DNA of 64,000 nucleotides from a virus (Duplodnaviria; Heunggongvirae; Uroviricota; Caudoviricetes): the IMG/VR virus record IMGVR_UViG_3300026478_000263, one strand, 5' to 3'. How positions within the stretch are numbered: position 1 is the stretch's first letter; each line of letters begins with the position of its first letter. Below the pieces are notes generated by a model. The model saw nothing but the letters and a program-made list of their open reading frames with translations, searched no databases and was not told the origin of the DNA. Of the stretch, positions 23,101-30,792 are shown one piece after another. The position numbers and the translations under genes were made by a program.

Positions 23101-23413
23101 TGGTGATGAAGAAATTACAGTCACTGACAAACATAACGATACTAGAGTTGCTGGTGTTATTTCTGAAAAACCAGCGCATTTGATGAACTCTGATTTAGCA
23201 GGAAAACATCCACTAGCAGTAGGCCTAACAGGACGCTTGCCATGTAAAGTACTTGGTAAGGTTAAGAAAGGTGATATTCTAGTTACTGCGGCTAAGAAAG
23301 GTTACGCAATAGTTAATAATACTCCATCTGTAGGAACTATTATTGGTAAGAGTTTAGAGAACAAAGACGATTTAGGCGAAGGCCTAGTTGAGATTGTTGT
23401 TGGTAGATTCTAA
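14135..23413 (+). CDS. giant baseplate/tail-fibre protein, 3092 aa, with six CxRD repeats and C-terminal chaperone/autocleavage-type domain
   Basis: N-term IVDIGVSGNDGTGDSIREAFRKTNENFQELY (T4 gp9/gp10-like); C-term ARYADLAEKY...GTVVVFGG...GVIS..PAHLMN...GLTGRLPCKV; GGAG SD before ATG 14135. Confidence 0.8.
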   Translation: MARKIVDIGVSGNDGTGDSIREAFRKTNENFQELYAVFGQGGFLKFTDLSDTPDTLVGQGNKIPVVNSIGTSLVFKDFFSPNGTIQFDYSEQETFDIVSVSRSSNVATITLSANHNLDPGQRVTIASTDNTSFNTTSALLLTGTVDNVLVYTNAGTNLSTSAATGTITSYGSVKIDTLSSKLQDDPLPKLQYALDARNQLIGGLRSPINQTDFQTAVNSFNTQHETLYSIDSFAINKGYADSKYVNITGDTMTGHLNVPANATGNQAPRAAEVVLKTGGDMTGVLNLADHPGGLAGAGTPNGEDDLQAATKYYVDNSSYSSRFNLYVTTGGDDTQARTPRGKEGRDRSYAYASINKACQKAEQLVNDAPWETGPYRQLIAYGGGEAFSEVTRIESGASGTTRVYFTNNGGSRVDQGQLPKPDIVSGKIVVGRTSGAQGFIYQYYGSDGSSSIGEDYFDLQDVIGDFVPGENLEFDQAVKNIQISIVVESGIYFEDYPIRVPPNVAIVGDELRRCIVRPADRPSRSPWVDVWFRRDKTFDGLTLTSTEYGYHYLTDPSDILSEPKNNRDLDVFLCNDAVIIRQITCQGHGGFMMVLDPEGQILTKSAYIQQSGSFAGSLNKQRFAGGQYVDGFAGNVPLKIQEKISDTEFLVTGSERAPTTPCSFVIDGRTFKVEAYTDDGNGYGNARKLIRRNIDFIKAEVIGYINTELSPPFTFNETKCARDVGLIVDALGYDLALGTNFNAVRAGQSYYRGTQYSILPDQKDEYLDALIYTRTLISDVLAGNSVARLRAEASFDEITDIIANGIISSDTITWSDPSGAPTSRVNAKNLILDNIEFIKEEIIAWIAEEYPDFVYDEDKCRRDAAYILNSIVYDLLYEGNSATVEAGYQYYDGNGSLQIPGQTLQTTEALAYASGVAQLVVTNTPVPFPKQSAVTQVFDLVNPGSATESARVGVLMGYINTIILSGREAAPTIEYPTFYSVSGSLTDSRTLLLNNKESIKSDTLVYLQQRYSYNQDTCARDTGYICDAIAHDIYYSGNLKTVQAALAYFNASASSKIVIDQQLANTLAAINYIETLILNVINNEDPTVRYQQSVLQYIDTDITDGGLAEATIQDLFDEFIGILENPPSARGARALLVDNKDFIKAEVINYINNKYVGFTYDSATCQRDVGYVIDAIGYDLMFGGNFQTITAARSYYRASAAVAVGVQKAATIDAFTFLRDEILSVVSASATAVTSVTTNMNMFLDVITNGLTQEPAIVTPDPTGYDVNYNRARTLIESNREFIKAEVIQYISNNYVGLSYDPAVCLRDTEYILDALYHDLTYGGNIQTLIAGKAYYSYTTLQVAAPEKPATLAAYGYLQSLVEDIALDLPITALQGGVAQVRGTPGNSSASATAGQRIGEILTIIDLGLGSVPSTITPSTAWVSAGLTGANSALQSAKSTLQTAVTNYIDANYTNTLVYNEEICSRDVGFIVAAVSADLLYGGTYLTIRAAQRYYVGTASSRVVLENQLSQTLDSFAYAKEVAQAVLNQVPPTLNYQVINDVAVENRVSQVFSSDYDGSAFVTRAGQLFDLLNEVITDPEVDVSTVLTGAKPIVYPTYRLVLSTTTPVTNDLEYTISTFTSKADSGVGDGSYDVVFSIVTPVGTTAPRTKTRYRVFGNSNSNYNNDAVECVASTLTSMTLRYPSDPGAFGTGTTTIEYVKDFMLLSAGNTSMCSNDFTQINDLGYGLVATNIGLIETVSVFSYYCWTAYYANNGGQIRSLNGSNAHGEYGIISEGSDPLEVPDKCNLSDNMMQVARVYKQGIYSTDNDVGDLQVFFYQHDYSPYNVSEVEINHGAGVVTELDATSLIGGSGYTNGTYINVPLTGGTGSGITANIVVSGGVVTTVGLVAAGIRYSEGDILSCSNTNVGGTGSGFFITVKTIIGNGIARYEVAGVTDVSSTLAQSVSGTPLKTGPTGGKYYVTYSFTAEPYTPRIGVPYTVSGSTTSGFNGVYTATASTTSSVTLEYSTNPGTWAGGLASLWGLGNVLRLNINTGGNNDTATNGLAVALSHDQPIIIRSNQNFKFYEVDDTNPVRPSTALTFVGDPDAGAIVYRVLAYGNKGPLNEDLAVDESILGFDTTYDYVKLLVNAENVSNADPDNVGQTMGSTAGDTKIAIDRVNETDIESRLNTGDMITAWDGKIHKILSYTDMGLLAGYAYVEIEDVADKCLAGTSASGINTPVDPDFNLDISEPPTLRAGLSSTEPAEVIVRISTCRVTGHDFLDIGTGGYNDTNFPSKIYGAPKEPNQAREVTERTRGRCFYVTTDQDGIFRVGRFFTVDQGTGRVTFAASIALSNLDGLGFKRGVTVSEFSNDDRFTDGANDALPTEAATQGYIDRRLGMDRTNNVLDPTALIGPGYMDRAGLLTFTGPDPMDMGGFVIANLGSPTADTDAANKLYVRNQELSDDRVDTSTSPARSLNDLLVYNGVKWINAETVSTGDIQTSLTPGTKNLALNIKSNVIINADVNSSAAIAQSKLDMNKATTRANATSIAQADLGLASFKSTEFTATNGWIELQTSSSTTTGVLQTKLQYIANDTYLGNNTGSATYPRQVTSGQIVTNGDGIKNASFAPGSVGSNGRAMILTAIGPNAYSTTNISTSAQASSLIQSDGSGRVAVAQLDLTSSSYKTLSVSGTTLTMTTPGAVDFLTAVGTTSAGTTITTVGTLSANAITSASTTTFSPANANVTLSPSGTGTVTIAPASVGSINNVNIGATTRGNGYFKLLSANDTVTLTANQAVTGAANGTGTLQVTGGAGISGDLRVGGTIYGAVTGTLAGTLGLSTYLSFTAGSSYDGSTTRTIQTNATSAATGSTLVARDVNGDFNGRYINSSYFNSSDDVSGGTITYIMAKFGDNYYRSATAAKVASFISGQSMNIAGNASTVTINYNNDSNSTYQMLWGSGNSVYGTGGIYCNPFTDTLYATLFNGTATSARYADLAEKYLSDAEYETGTVVVFGGDEEITVTDKHNDTRVAGVISEKPAHLMNSDLAGKHPLAVGLTGRLPCKVLGKVKKGDILVTAAKKGYAIVNNTPSVGTIIGKSLENKDDLGEGLVEIVVGRF
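16200..18700 (+). repeat. six tandem 140-159 aa protein repeats (boundaries approximate)
   Basis: Cys codons of CxRD at 16292, 16712, 17186, 17627, 18047, 18524; each preceded by N..FIK.E...YI and followed by DAI.YDL..GGN..T..A...YY. Confidence 0.85.
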
Positions 23414-23423
23414 GGAAAATAAC

Positions 23424-24005
23424 ATGGCATTATATGATGATTTACAAGAGATTAACCTAGGAAATGTCGTCAACGACGGTACTGGGGACGACCTGCGTAC
23501 AGCCTTTGAAAAAGTTAAAACTAACTTTGAATATCTGTACAACAACGGTTATGCTCCAGTTAGTGCTGAAAATATAGGCACTTCAGGACTAGGTGTTTTT
23601 AAACAAAAGAACGCAGACAGCAATCTAGAACTTAGAAAACTAGATGCGCTAGGACCACTAAGATTACAATTAGTAGGAGATGTGTTGCAGTTAGATTTAC
23701 ATCCAACGGCTACAGTTGACTTTAATGGGCAGGCTATTAATAACATTAGTACTGTTACAGCCACTACATTTTCTGGCACTTTAACTGGAAATGTTGTAGG
23801 TTTAATTAGAAACGGCGGAACTGCAACTCAAAACCCGTTTGTTGATGTAACACTTTTAGATAGACAGGTAAATACATTTGACTATGGACCCATTGCACCT
23901 ACGTACTACGATCCAATTACTTATTTGTTAAATGAAATTGGAACGGACATGGGCACGTTTACCGACCCGAGCCCTATAAGTATAGACGCTGGACCCATAG
24001 CATAA
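23424..24005 (+). CDS. baseplate/tail protein with gp9/gp10-like N-terminus (start re-called to 23424)
   Basis: INLGNVVNDGTGDDLRTAFEKVKTNFEYLY. Confidence 0.7.
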   Translation: MALYDDLQEINLGNVVNDGTGDDLRTAFEKVKTNFEYLYNNGYAPVSAENIGTSGLGVFKQKNADSNLELRKLDALGPLRLQLVGDVLQLDLHPTATVDFNGQAINNISTVTATTFSGTLTGNVVGLIRNGGTATQNPFVDVTLLDRQVNTFDYGPIAPTYYDPITYLLNEIGTDMGTFTDPSPISIDAGPIA

Positions 24006-24017
24006 GGAGAGAATAGA

Positions 24018-25247
24018 ATGGCATTACAAATCCGTAGAGGAACAACCGCTGAGAGAACCGCAAGAAAATTCCTCGAAGGCGAACTAATTTATGATACAAC
24101 ACTTCAGCAAGTGTATGTAGGCGACAGTACCAACGGCATCGACGGAACAGCCGGTGGCAAATCAGTAACTGCGTTTTCAGACGAAAACGCAAGAGATGCA
24201 GTTGCGGCAGTATTTGCAACAGGTACACACACAAATATAAACTTTTCATATGTTGACGATGGCAACAATATTGGTAGTTTTAGTGCCGCTGTTAACTTAA
24301 CATCTACTCCTTATGTTGGTAACGTGAATGTTACTGGTCTAGTTAATGCTAATGGTTTTAATGGGTGGCTTGAAGGTAATGTATTTGCAAGCGACTCAAC
24401 TCTCCTTGTTGATTCGGGTAACGGAAGAATTCCAGCAGAAGTTGTTAAAGGTACGTTTACAGGCAATGTAACTGGTAATGTATCAGGCAATGTAACTGGT
24501 AATGTATCAGGCAATTTAACAGGAACAGTATTAACTGCCGCACAGACAAACATTACCAGCGTTGGTACGCTGACTAGTCTTGCTGTTAGCGGCGCTATTA
24601 CTGGTTCTAGTTTTACTGGTGGTGTTGTTACAAGTTCCATTACTACTACTTCTGGGGATTTAACTGTAACTCCTAACACTAATTTTTCAAACGGTATCGA
24701 TGTAACAGGTGCTTCTACATTTGGAAATGTAACAGTTACTGGCGTCGGTACGTTTAATGCAACTGCTGGTAGCCCTACATTATTAAAGGTTACTGATACT
24801 TCAACTTCAGGCGCTCGTCCTATAGCATTAGAAATTAATGGTCGCGCATTAGATTTGCTAGGATCTGGCTCTGCTATGGAGTTTAAAGTAAACAACGGTA
24901 CAACAACTGAGCAGTTAGTTAAGTTAGAAGCATATACACAGTCCAACTTAATTCCTGCACTAAGTCCTGGTTTAAACTTTAAAGTTTACAATACTGGAAC
25001 CAGCTCATATGACCTAATTCCCCTAAGTTTTGACGGAGACGGTGTACTAGTAAGCGGAAATTTTGTACTTAACGATTCTTTAATATTAAGTACAGCCACT
25101 GCACCTACTTCATCTAAGGGCGCATCTGGAGATGCTGCCGGAACTGTTATTATTACAAATTCGTACATTTATCGCTGTATTGCAGATTATACAACCGGCG
25201 CAGCCGATATTTGGGTCAGAGTAGCATTTACTGGCGGTACTTGGTAA
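24018..25247 (+). CDS. tail fibre with Mtd-like N-terminal domain
   Basis: MALQIRRGTTAER...EGELIYDTT...VYVGD; GNVTGNVS repeats. Confidence 0.75.
   Translation: MALQIRRGTTAERTARKFLEGELIYDTTLQQVYVGDSTNGIDGTAGGKSVTAFSDENARDAVAAVFATGTHTNINFSYVDDGNNIGSFSAAVNLTSTPYVGNVNVTGLVNANGFNGWLEGNVFASDSTLLVDSGNGRIPAEVVKGTFTGNVTGNVSGNVTGNVSGNLTGTVLTAAQTNITSVGTLTSLAVSGAITGSSFTGGVVTSSITTTSGDLTVTPNTNFSNGIDVTGASTFGNVTVTGVGTFNATAGSPTLLKVTDTSTSGARPIALEINGRALDLLGSGSAMEFKVNNGTTTEQLVKLEAYTQSNLIPALSPGLNFKVYNTGTSSYDLIPLSFDGDGVLVSGNFVLNDSLILSTATAPTSSKGASGDAAGTVIITNSYIYRCIADYTTGAADIWVRVAFTGGTW
24460..24515 (+). repeat. 24-bp tandem repeat, about 2.3 copies
   Basis: CAGGCAATGTAACTGGTAATGTAT x2 plus partial; encodes GNVTGNVS. 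Confidence 0.9.
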
Positions 25248-25268
25248 TAAATTTAATTTCCCGGTACC

Positions 25269-25276
25269 GATAAATA
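25269..25276 (+). promoter_or_regulatory. late promoter within a hairpin
   Basis: GATAAATA spanning the arm and loop of CCGATA/TATCGG. Confidence 0.7.
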
Positions 25277-25295
25277 CAGTATCGGGGATTAAACA

Positions 25296-28200
25296 ATGCT
25301 TAATATATGGAATCAACCGTCTGGATACAGTTTTAATACTTACAACGAACGACAGACCCAGACTATACCTCTGCCTATAATTCCAAGCGCAGACTTAACC
25401 GGAGTAACATTTTCAGTTATCGCAGGCAATTTGCCCAGCGGGCTACGAGTCGCCTACGATACAAATTTAAGCACTTGGGTTATCAAGGGCTCTCCTTTAG
25501 AAGTTTCTACTAACACAACATCTACATTTGTAATCCGTGCATCTAACGGTACAGAAATTTCCGACAGAACATTTACAATGACCATTGCAGGTCCAGACGC
25601 ACCTGTATGGATCACTCCTGGTCCAAATCCAGACATTCAAATCTACGATTTTGATCCAGAAGCAACTTATATCCCAGATACTGTTATTAGACATACTGTG
25701 TCTAACGAAAGTACACTATACAGAACTACAACTACTGTTTCAGGAGTGACTCCTCCAAACAGTACATATTATCAAGTTTTCACAGAAGATACCGGATTAC
25801 TACCAGTCGGTCCAGTCACAACTAGGGTGTCGGCAGTTGTTAGCGCCAAACGTCAAAGTAACCTTGTTACTATAACTACTGCATCCGCTCACAACTTTGT
25901 ATTTGGAAATATTGTAACTATTGCTACCAACGTTGCGGCATTCAACGCTGCCAATGTAGAAGTGCTACAACCATTGCCTTTAGACGGAGAACAGTACGAA
26001 GAATATCTAACAAGAATTTCTACTACAATTACCTTTAATAAACTTGGTGGCGACCTAGGTTCACAAACTGTTTCTGGTACTGTTACATTAATTAAAGATC
26101 CGTTAACATTTGTGTTAGATAATACACCTGTAGATTTTCAATTAGAAGCAACAGATACAGATTTGTCATCAACAGATACTTTGGAATATTTTATCGGTGA
26201 CGGCGATGGAGAACTTCCCCCAGGTCTGTCTATGAGTAGCACAGGAAGAATTACTGGTATTATCGATCCTATCCTTGCCCTAGACGTAACAGCACGTACA
26301 GGATTCTATGATACAAACTTGTATGATGCCTATGCCTATGACTTTGGTAAGCGTCCTAACATAGGAGAAGAAGATTATTTAAATGTTGTTACTCCTAGAA
26401 AACTAAATCGAAATTACGAATTTATTGTTACAGTCAGCGATGGTGAATCTGTTGCTAGAAGAAGATTTAGAATTTATGTAGTAGGCGATGACTTCTTAAG
26501 AACCGACAATACACTTTTACAAGTTGGTAACGGTGCTTACACGGCAGACTCTACATACTTAAGAGCACCAATATGGTTAAGTGCCGCCAACCTTGGCCTA
26601 AGAAGAGCCAACAATTATGTAACTATTTTATTGGATGTTTTCGATCCTAATCCAGAAGTTGGTCCTGTAAGATATGAATTAGCCGCACTCAATGACGATT
26701 TGACTCCAAGCGTATTGCCTGACGGCTTATATATTGATTCCGATACTGCTGAAGTATTTGGATTTGCACCGTATCAGCCAGCAATTACTAAAGAGTTTAA
26801 ATTTACAGTTAATGCCATTAAGTACGACAAAGAAAATTTAACAGAAGTTGAAGTCGCTATTGTAGTAGCAGACGATGCACCTATTGGTCAAACTTTCTTA
26901 AAGATACTGCCTTTACCAGAAGAAGATGTTGGCTTACTAATAGGAGACGTTATCCGTATTGGTCCTAGTATCTATACTATGACTGAATATATTAGTAATA
27001 CTGTGCTAGGCGGAACAATGGCTACACTTAAACTATCCGATGCATTATTAACTAATGTAACAGACGGATTAATTATTAGAAAAACATATAACCAATCAGT
27101 TAGTGAGTTTTCAACACAGATTGCTCCGAAGACATTTACTATTGCTATCTTAGGCGAAGTAGATTCTGTAATTCAATTTACAACAGATAGAATACTAGGA
27201 TCAATTAAACCAAGTTTCCCAAGTAACTTTTATGTGGAAGCAACTACAACCGTGCCTAATGCTAAATTAAGATACACATTAGTAGACGGAAGATTGCCTG
27301 AAGGACTTACATTAAAATCATCTGGTATTATTGAAGGAAAAATTAATCAGTTCCGTGCTAACAGCATTTCAGGATTTACATTATTCGACGGTGGCGATAC
27401 CACATTCGACGGTGACTTATTAACCGTAGATCGTTCTTATAGATTTGTTGTTAATGCACAGGATCAATTTAGATATAGTTCAGTAAGTAAAGAATTTATA
27501 ATTACAATCAGCGAAGGTACACTAACTCTGTATAGTAATATCTATACCAAACCTTTGCCTAAACAATCAAAGAGAGAATTGTTTTATAACTTTATCAATG
27601 ACACAACTGTGTTTACTCCAGAAAAAATTTATCGCTTAGGCGATCCTAATTACGGATTACAGACAGAATTAAAAATGTTAATCTATGCTGGAATTGAGAG
27701 TAAAGCAATGCCAGAATATATTGCTGCCATATCAAAGAACATTCGACGTAAACGTTACAGAATTGGTAATCTTAAAAAGGCCATTGCTAAAGTACAGGGC
27801 ACTAACGACATTGTCTATGAAGTGATTTATCTTGAAATATTAGATGATTATGAAATTGCTAATAAATCTGCGGCCAGCAGAATTAAGTTGGACAGAGGTG
27901 TAAACAGCCCAACAAAAATTAATCAAGCAAGACGTAATCCAGTGGACGGTTCCCTAGGAACTGTTGACGGTAACGGAACTGTTACCTACGGAAGTACATA
28001 CATTAATGGCAAACTAAATGAACAAGCATTTGACAGATTTAGTCCTATGTCGACACCTGTGACTATCGATACAGCAAATGTTATGGTCAGTGGCAATGAT
28101 ACAGAATATGTTTACCCTAGCAGTATTAAAAATGTTAGAGCAAATATCTCAGAAGTAGGATTAACTGAAAATGAATTCCTGCCACTTTGGATGACTACTC

Positions 28201-28418
28201 CACAGGATGCTAGAACTGCGGCTACAGGATTTGTTAAAGCAGTACCTCTATGCTACTGTAAACCTGGCGAGGGACAGTATATTTTAGACAACATTATTAA
28301 CAGAAACTTTGATTTTAATCAGTTAGATTTTGAAATTGACAGATTTATCATAGATTCTGACATCAACGATGTGCAGGAAAAATACCTAAAATTCTCCGAT
28401 GCACGTTATAACATATGA
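25296..28418 (+). CDS. putative baseplate wedge protein with Ig-like repeats
   Basis: 1040 aa; GNLPSGL, GELPPGLSMSSTGRITG, GRLPEGLTLKSSGIIEG repeats. Confidence 0.65.
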   Translation: MLNIWNQPSGYSFNTYNERQTQTIPLPIIPSADLTGVTFSVIAGNLPSGLRVAYDTNLSTWVIKGSPLEVSTNTTSTFVIRASNGTEISDRTFTMTIAGPDAPVWITPGPNPDIQIYDFDPEATYIPDTVIRHTVSNESTLYRTTTTVSGVTPPNSTYYQVFTEDTGLLPVGPVTTRVSAVVSAKRQSNLVTITTASAHNFVFGNIVTIATNVAAFNAANVEVLQPLPLDGEQYEEYLTRISTTITFNKLGGDLGSQTVSGTVTLIKDPLTFVLDNTPVDFQLEATDTDLSSTDTLEYFIGDGDGELPPGLSMSSTGRITGIIDPILALDVTARTGFYDTNLYDAYAYDFGKRPNIGEEDYLNVVTPRKLNRNYEFIVTVSDGESVARRRFRIYVVGDDFLRTDNTLLQVGNGAYTADSTYLRAPIWLSAANLGLRRANNYVTILLDVFDPNPEVGPVRYELAALNDDLTPSVLPDGLYIDSDTAEVFGFAPYQPAITKEFKFTVNAIKYDKENLTEVEVAIVVADDAPIGQTFLKILPLPEEDVGLLIGDVIRIGPSIYTMTEYISNTVLGGTMATLKLSDALLTNVTDGLIIRKTYNQSVSEFSTQIAPKTFTIAILGEVDSVIQFTTDRILGSIKPSFPSNFYVEATTTVPNAKLRYTLVDGRLPEGLTLKSSGIIEGKINQFRANSISGFTLFDGGDTTFDGDLLTVDRSYRFVVNAQDQFRYSSVSKEFIITISEGTLTLYSNIYTKPLPKQSKRELFYNFINDTTVFTPEKIYRLGDPNYGLQTELKMLIYAGIESKAMPEYIAAISKNIRRKRYRIGNLKKAIAKVQGTNDIVYEVIYLEILDDYEIANKSAASRIKLDRGVNSPTKINQARRNPVDGSLGTVDGNGTVTYGSTYINGKLNEQAFDRFSPMSTPVTIDTANVMVSGNDTEYVYPSSIKNVRANISEVGLTENEFLPLWMTTPQDARTAATGFVKAVPLCYCKPGEGQYILDNIINRNFDFNQLDFEIDRFIIDSDINDVQEKYLKFSDARYNI

Positions 28419-28424
28419 TAAATA
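28417..28424 (+). promoter_or_regulatory. late promoter
   Basis: GATAAATA at gene boundary. Confidence 0.7.
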
Positions 28425-28447
28425 TCAAATAAAGGATACCCAGTAAA

Positions 28448-29029
28448 ATGACATACCGCGAGACCCAAATAGATGAAGCGTTCCCAGTAGCGGGCGTAGA
28501 CAACGAAAGCCAAGGCTTCCGTGATAACTTCTCAGCAATTAAAGATACGCTAATTCAGGCCAAGTCTGACATTCAAGATTTACAAGCATCTAGACTAGAC
28601 ATTTCTAGTCCAGAAACAGATCTTAGCGGAAACACCATTGCTAATGCAAACCTAAAAGGTGCCAGTTTCGAATTTAATGCAGGTGGCAACATTGTTGCTA
28701 GTCAAAACGTAAGTTTTACCAGCGGAGCATATCATGTGTACACATTGGCTGCAACAGATCCTGACGCAGGAAGTCCTTTAGAACTTACATTCTCTGACTT
28801 ACCAGCAAGCGGAACATTGGCTGTTATTAGAGTTCATTTATATGGAAATGGTACAGAACAATTCTTTTCCTTTAACACAGAATCCATTGGTGACTTCTAT
28901 GTAGAATCAGGATGGCCCGGTACACAAAGCGTTACTAGTTCGACAAGTCCAAAGATTTTTGAATTCTGGACTTACGATGGTGGCGTAAACGTATTTGGAA
29001 GATACTTAGGTAACTTTACAGCACTATAA
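28448..29029 (+). CDS. virion structural protein
   Basis: IDEAFPVAGVDNESQGFRDNFSAIK N-terminus; late promoter. Confidence 0.6.
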   Translation: MTYRETQIDEAFPVAGVDNESQGFRDNFSAIKDTLIQAKSDIQDLQASRLDISSPETDLSGNTIANANLKGASFEFNAGGNIVASQNVSFTSGAYHVYTLAATDPDAGSPLELTFSDLPASGTLAVIRVHLYGNGTEQFFSFNTESIGDFYVESGWPGTQSVTSSTSPKIFEFWTYDGGVNVFGRYLGNFTAL

Positions 29030-29262
29030 TGCACCCACTAGCAGAAGATTTTTCCAAACTAAAGGATGTGGAACTTGAAACTAAGATCCAAGATCTTAGT
29101 AGAAGATATTTCATGGCCGCTAGTAACTCTGGAGTTCAACAGCAGATTATTATGTTGTTGGACATGTATAAAGCAGAACTAAACATTCGCAGACAAAAAC
29201 TCTGGGAAGAACAATACCAAAAACGAGACACAGATCTTGACAGCCTCATTAATGTAAGTTAA
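29029..29262 (+). CDS. hypothetical phage protein
   Basis: 77-aa helical ORF, TAATG coupling. Confidence 0.7.
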   Translation: MHPLAEDFSKLKDVELETKIQDLSRRYFMAASNSGVQQQIIMLLDMYKAELNIRRQKLWEEQYQKRDTDLDSLINVS

Positions 29263-29265
29263 AAT
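29237..29265 (+). promoter_or_regulatory. sigma70-type promoter (predicted leaderless mRNA)
   Basis: TTGACA(29237-29242)-17 nt-TAAAAT(29260-29265), ATG 6 nt downstream. Confidence 0.8.
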
Positions 29266-29271
29266 ACTTGC

Positions 29272-29778
29272 ATGAGGATTGATAATTTAGGTATTCCAGT
29301 ATATTCAGCCAAAGACATCTTTGATTTAATTTACCAAGGTAAATTGGATGTCTTGCCTAATATTTTGGCAGAGCCTGACGATACAGACGTTAAGCAGTTT
29401 AATCTACATACTGAATCTGTAAAAATACGAGAATATCAAGAACCACAACTTTCTAAAACAGAGTTTGATTCCTTAATGCAGAGTAATTGGAATATGCCTG
29501 AGGAATACAAACAAATGGACATTGAAGGGTTCCTTGTTAACGAATGTCCTAAAGAAAACTACCAAAGACTAATAGAAGAATTACAAGAGTATAGAGAAAG
29601 AAATATGCTGGATCTACTACGCTGGCTAAAATACTTTGTAGATACTTGTCGTAAGGAAGGTATAGTTTGGGGTGTAGGAAGAGGAAGTAGCGTAGCCAGT
29701 TATGTACTATACTTAATTGGTGTACATAAAATTGACAGTTTGAAATATAATTTAGACTGGCGCGAATTCCTGAGATAA
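29272..29778 (+). CDS. stand-alone fragment of DNA polymerase III alpha (DnaE-like)
   Basis: RLIEELQEY...VWGVGRGSSVASYVLYLIGVHKIDSLKYNLDWREFL; only 168 aa. Confidence 0.8.
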   Translation: MRIDNLGIPVYSAKDIFDLIYQGKLDVLPNILAEPDDTDVKQFNLHTESVKIREYQEPQLSKTEFDSLMQSNWNMPEEYKQMDIEGFLVNECPKENYQRLIEELQEYRERNMLDLLRWLKYFVDTCRKEGIVWGVGRGSSVASYVLYLIGVHKIDSLKYNLDWREFLR

Positions 29779-29781
29779 GTA
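29774..29781 (+). promoter_or_regulatory. late promoter variant
   Basis: GATAAGTA before AGGAGG SD. Confidence 0.5.
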
Positions 29782-29804
29782 CATATATTAAGGAGGACAT
29801 TAAA

Positions 29805-30029
29805 ATGCCCATGAAACCAGCACCAAAGAAAGTTTATCGTACAGCCAACGGTAGAACTGTAGATATGGATCTATTGCGTCAACGCAACGAATTAACTCCA
29901 GCAGTAGGTAATGCTCGTGTTAATGCCCGCGGAGACGAACTAGGACCTGGTGGTCAAATTCTTCGCAAACGTGAAGATATTCTAAAAGACTTTTACGAAC
30001 AATCCGAATTACCACAAGAAAAGGAATAA
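29805..30029 (+). CDS. hypothetical phage protein
   Basis: 74-aa ORF, AGGAGG SD. Confidence 0.75.
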   Translation: MPMKPAPKKVYRTANGRTVDMDLLRQRNELTPAVGNARVNARGDELGPGGQILRKREDILKDFYEQSELPQEKE

Positions 30030-30032
30030 TAA

Positions 30033-30377
30033 ATGGCGGTAGTTAAAGGAACCATTAGACCGTTACATGACAAAGTCATTGTAACAGATATGGATTTCGG
30101 TGATACTAAAACGCAAAGCGGTATCATCATTCAAAGCGATGACGGCAAGGATCGCGGCATCCATCCAAGATGGGCTAAGGTATTTGCTGTTGGTCCAGAA
30201 CACGATGAAGAATACGGAGTCGGTGATTGGATATTAGTTGAACACGGACGATGGACTAGAGGTATCAAGTACGAAAATGAAAGCGGTGAAGAAATTACTA
30301 TTCGTATGATTGATAACGAAGCAGTTATGATGTGGGACGACGAAGAACCTAAAGACATGATTATTGGACACCTATGA
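30033..30377 (+). CDS. groES: co-chaperonin GroES
   Basis: IRPLHDKVIV, TQSGIII, VFAVGP, VGDWILV. Confidence 0.85.
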   Translation: MAVVKGTIRPLHDKVIVTDMDFGDTKTQSGIIIQSDDGKDRGIHPRWAKVFAVGPEHDEEYGVGDWILVEHGRWTRGIKYENESGEEITIRMIDNEAVMMWDDEEPKDMIIGHL

Positions 30378-30745
30378 CAAACCCATTTCGAGATCAAGAA
30401 AAATTCATGGTTGCTTGTGACCAAAGCGTAGATGATTACGACTTTTCACAATATGACATGTACTTAAAATTAATTGAAGAAGAATATAAAGAACTTCAAC
30501 TTGCAGTTGCCGCCAATGATGATGTTGAACAATTGGATGCCTTAATTGATATTTTGGTTGTTACCATCGGTGCTATACATAGTATGGGAGCAGATGCCGA
30601 AGGTGCTTGGAAAGAAGTTATGAAAACTAACTTTGCCAAGATCGACAAAGAAACTGGCAAGGTTCGCAAGCGTGAAGACGGAAAAGTACTTAAACCGCTC
30701 GGTTGGACTCCTCCAGTATTAGAACCATTTGTTACCAAAAAATAA
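30374..30745 (+). CDS. MazG-like NTP pyrophosphohydrolase
   Basis: LIEEEYKEL...LDALIDILVV...VMKTNFAK...DGKVLKP. Confidence 0.8.
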   Translation: MTNPFRDQEKFMVACDQSVDDYDFSQYDMYLKLIEEEYKELQLAVAANDDVEQLDALIDILVVTIGAIHSMGADAEGAWKEVMKTNFAKIDKETGKVRKREDGKVLKPLGWTPPVLEPFVTKK

Positions 30746-30750
30746 CACCA

Positions 30751-30786
30751 AAGGGTCTTGACGGACCCTTTTTTATTCTGTATAAT
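30751..30786 (+). terminator. intrinsic terminator whose loop holds the -35 box of a sigma70 promoter
   Basis: AAGGGTC-TTGACG-GACCCTT then T-run; TTGACG(30758-30763)-17 nt-TATAAT(30781-30786). Confidence 0.8.
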
Positions 30787-30792
30787 AAAAAA

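Noticed and set aside
14135-23413. Cyanophage identity inferred from the phycobiliprotein-like repeats
   Set aside because: No photosynthesis, bilin-synthesis or lyase genes in the window; host cannot be assigned from the repeats alone.
24018-25247. Diversity-generating retroelement suggested by the Mtd-like N-terminus
   Set aside because: No reverse transcriptase and no template/variable repeat pair seen in the window.
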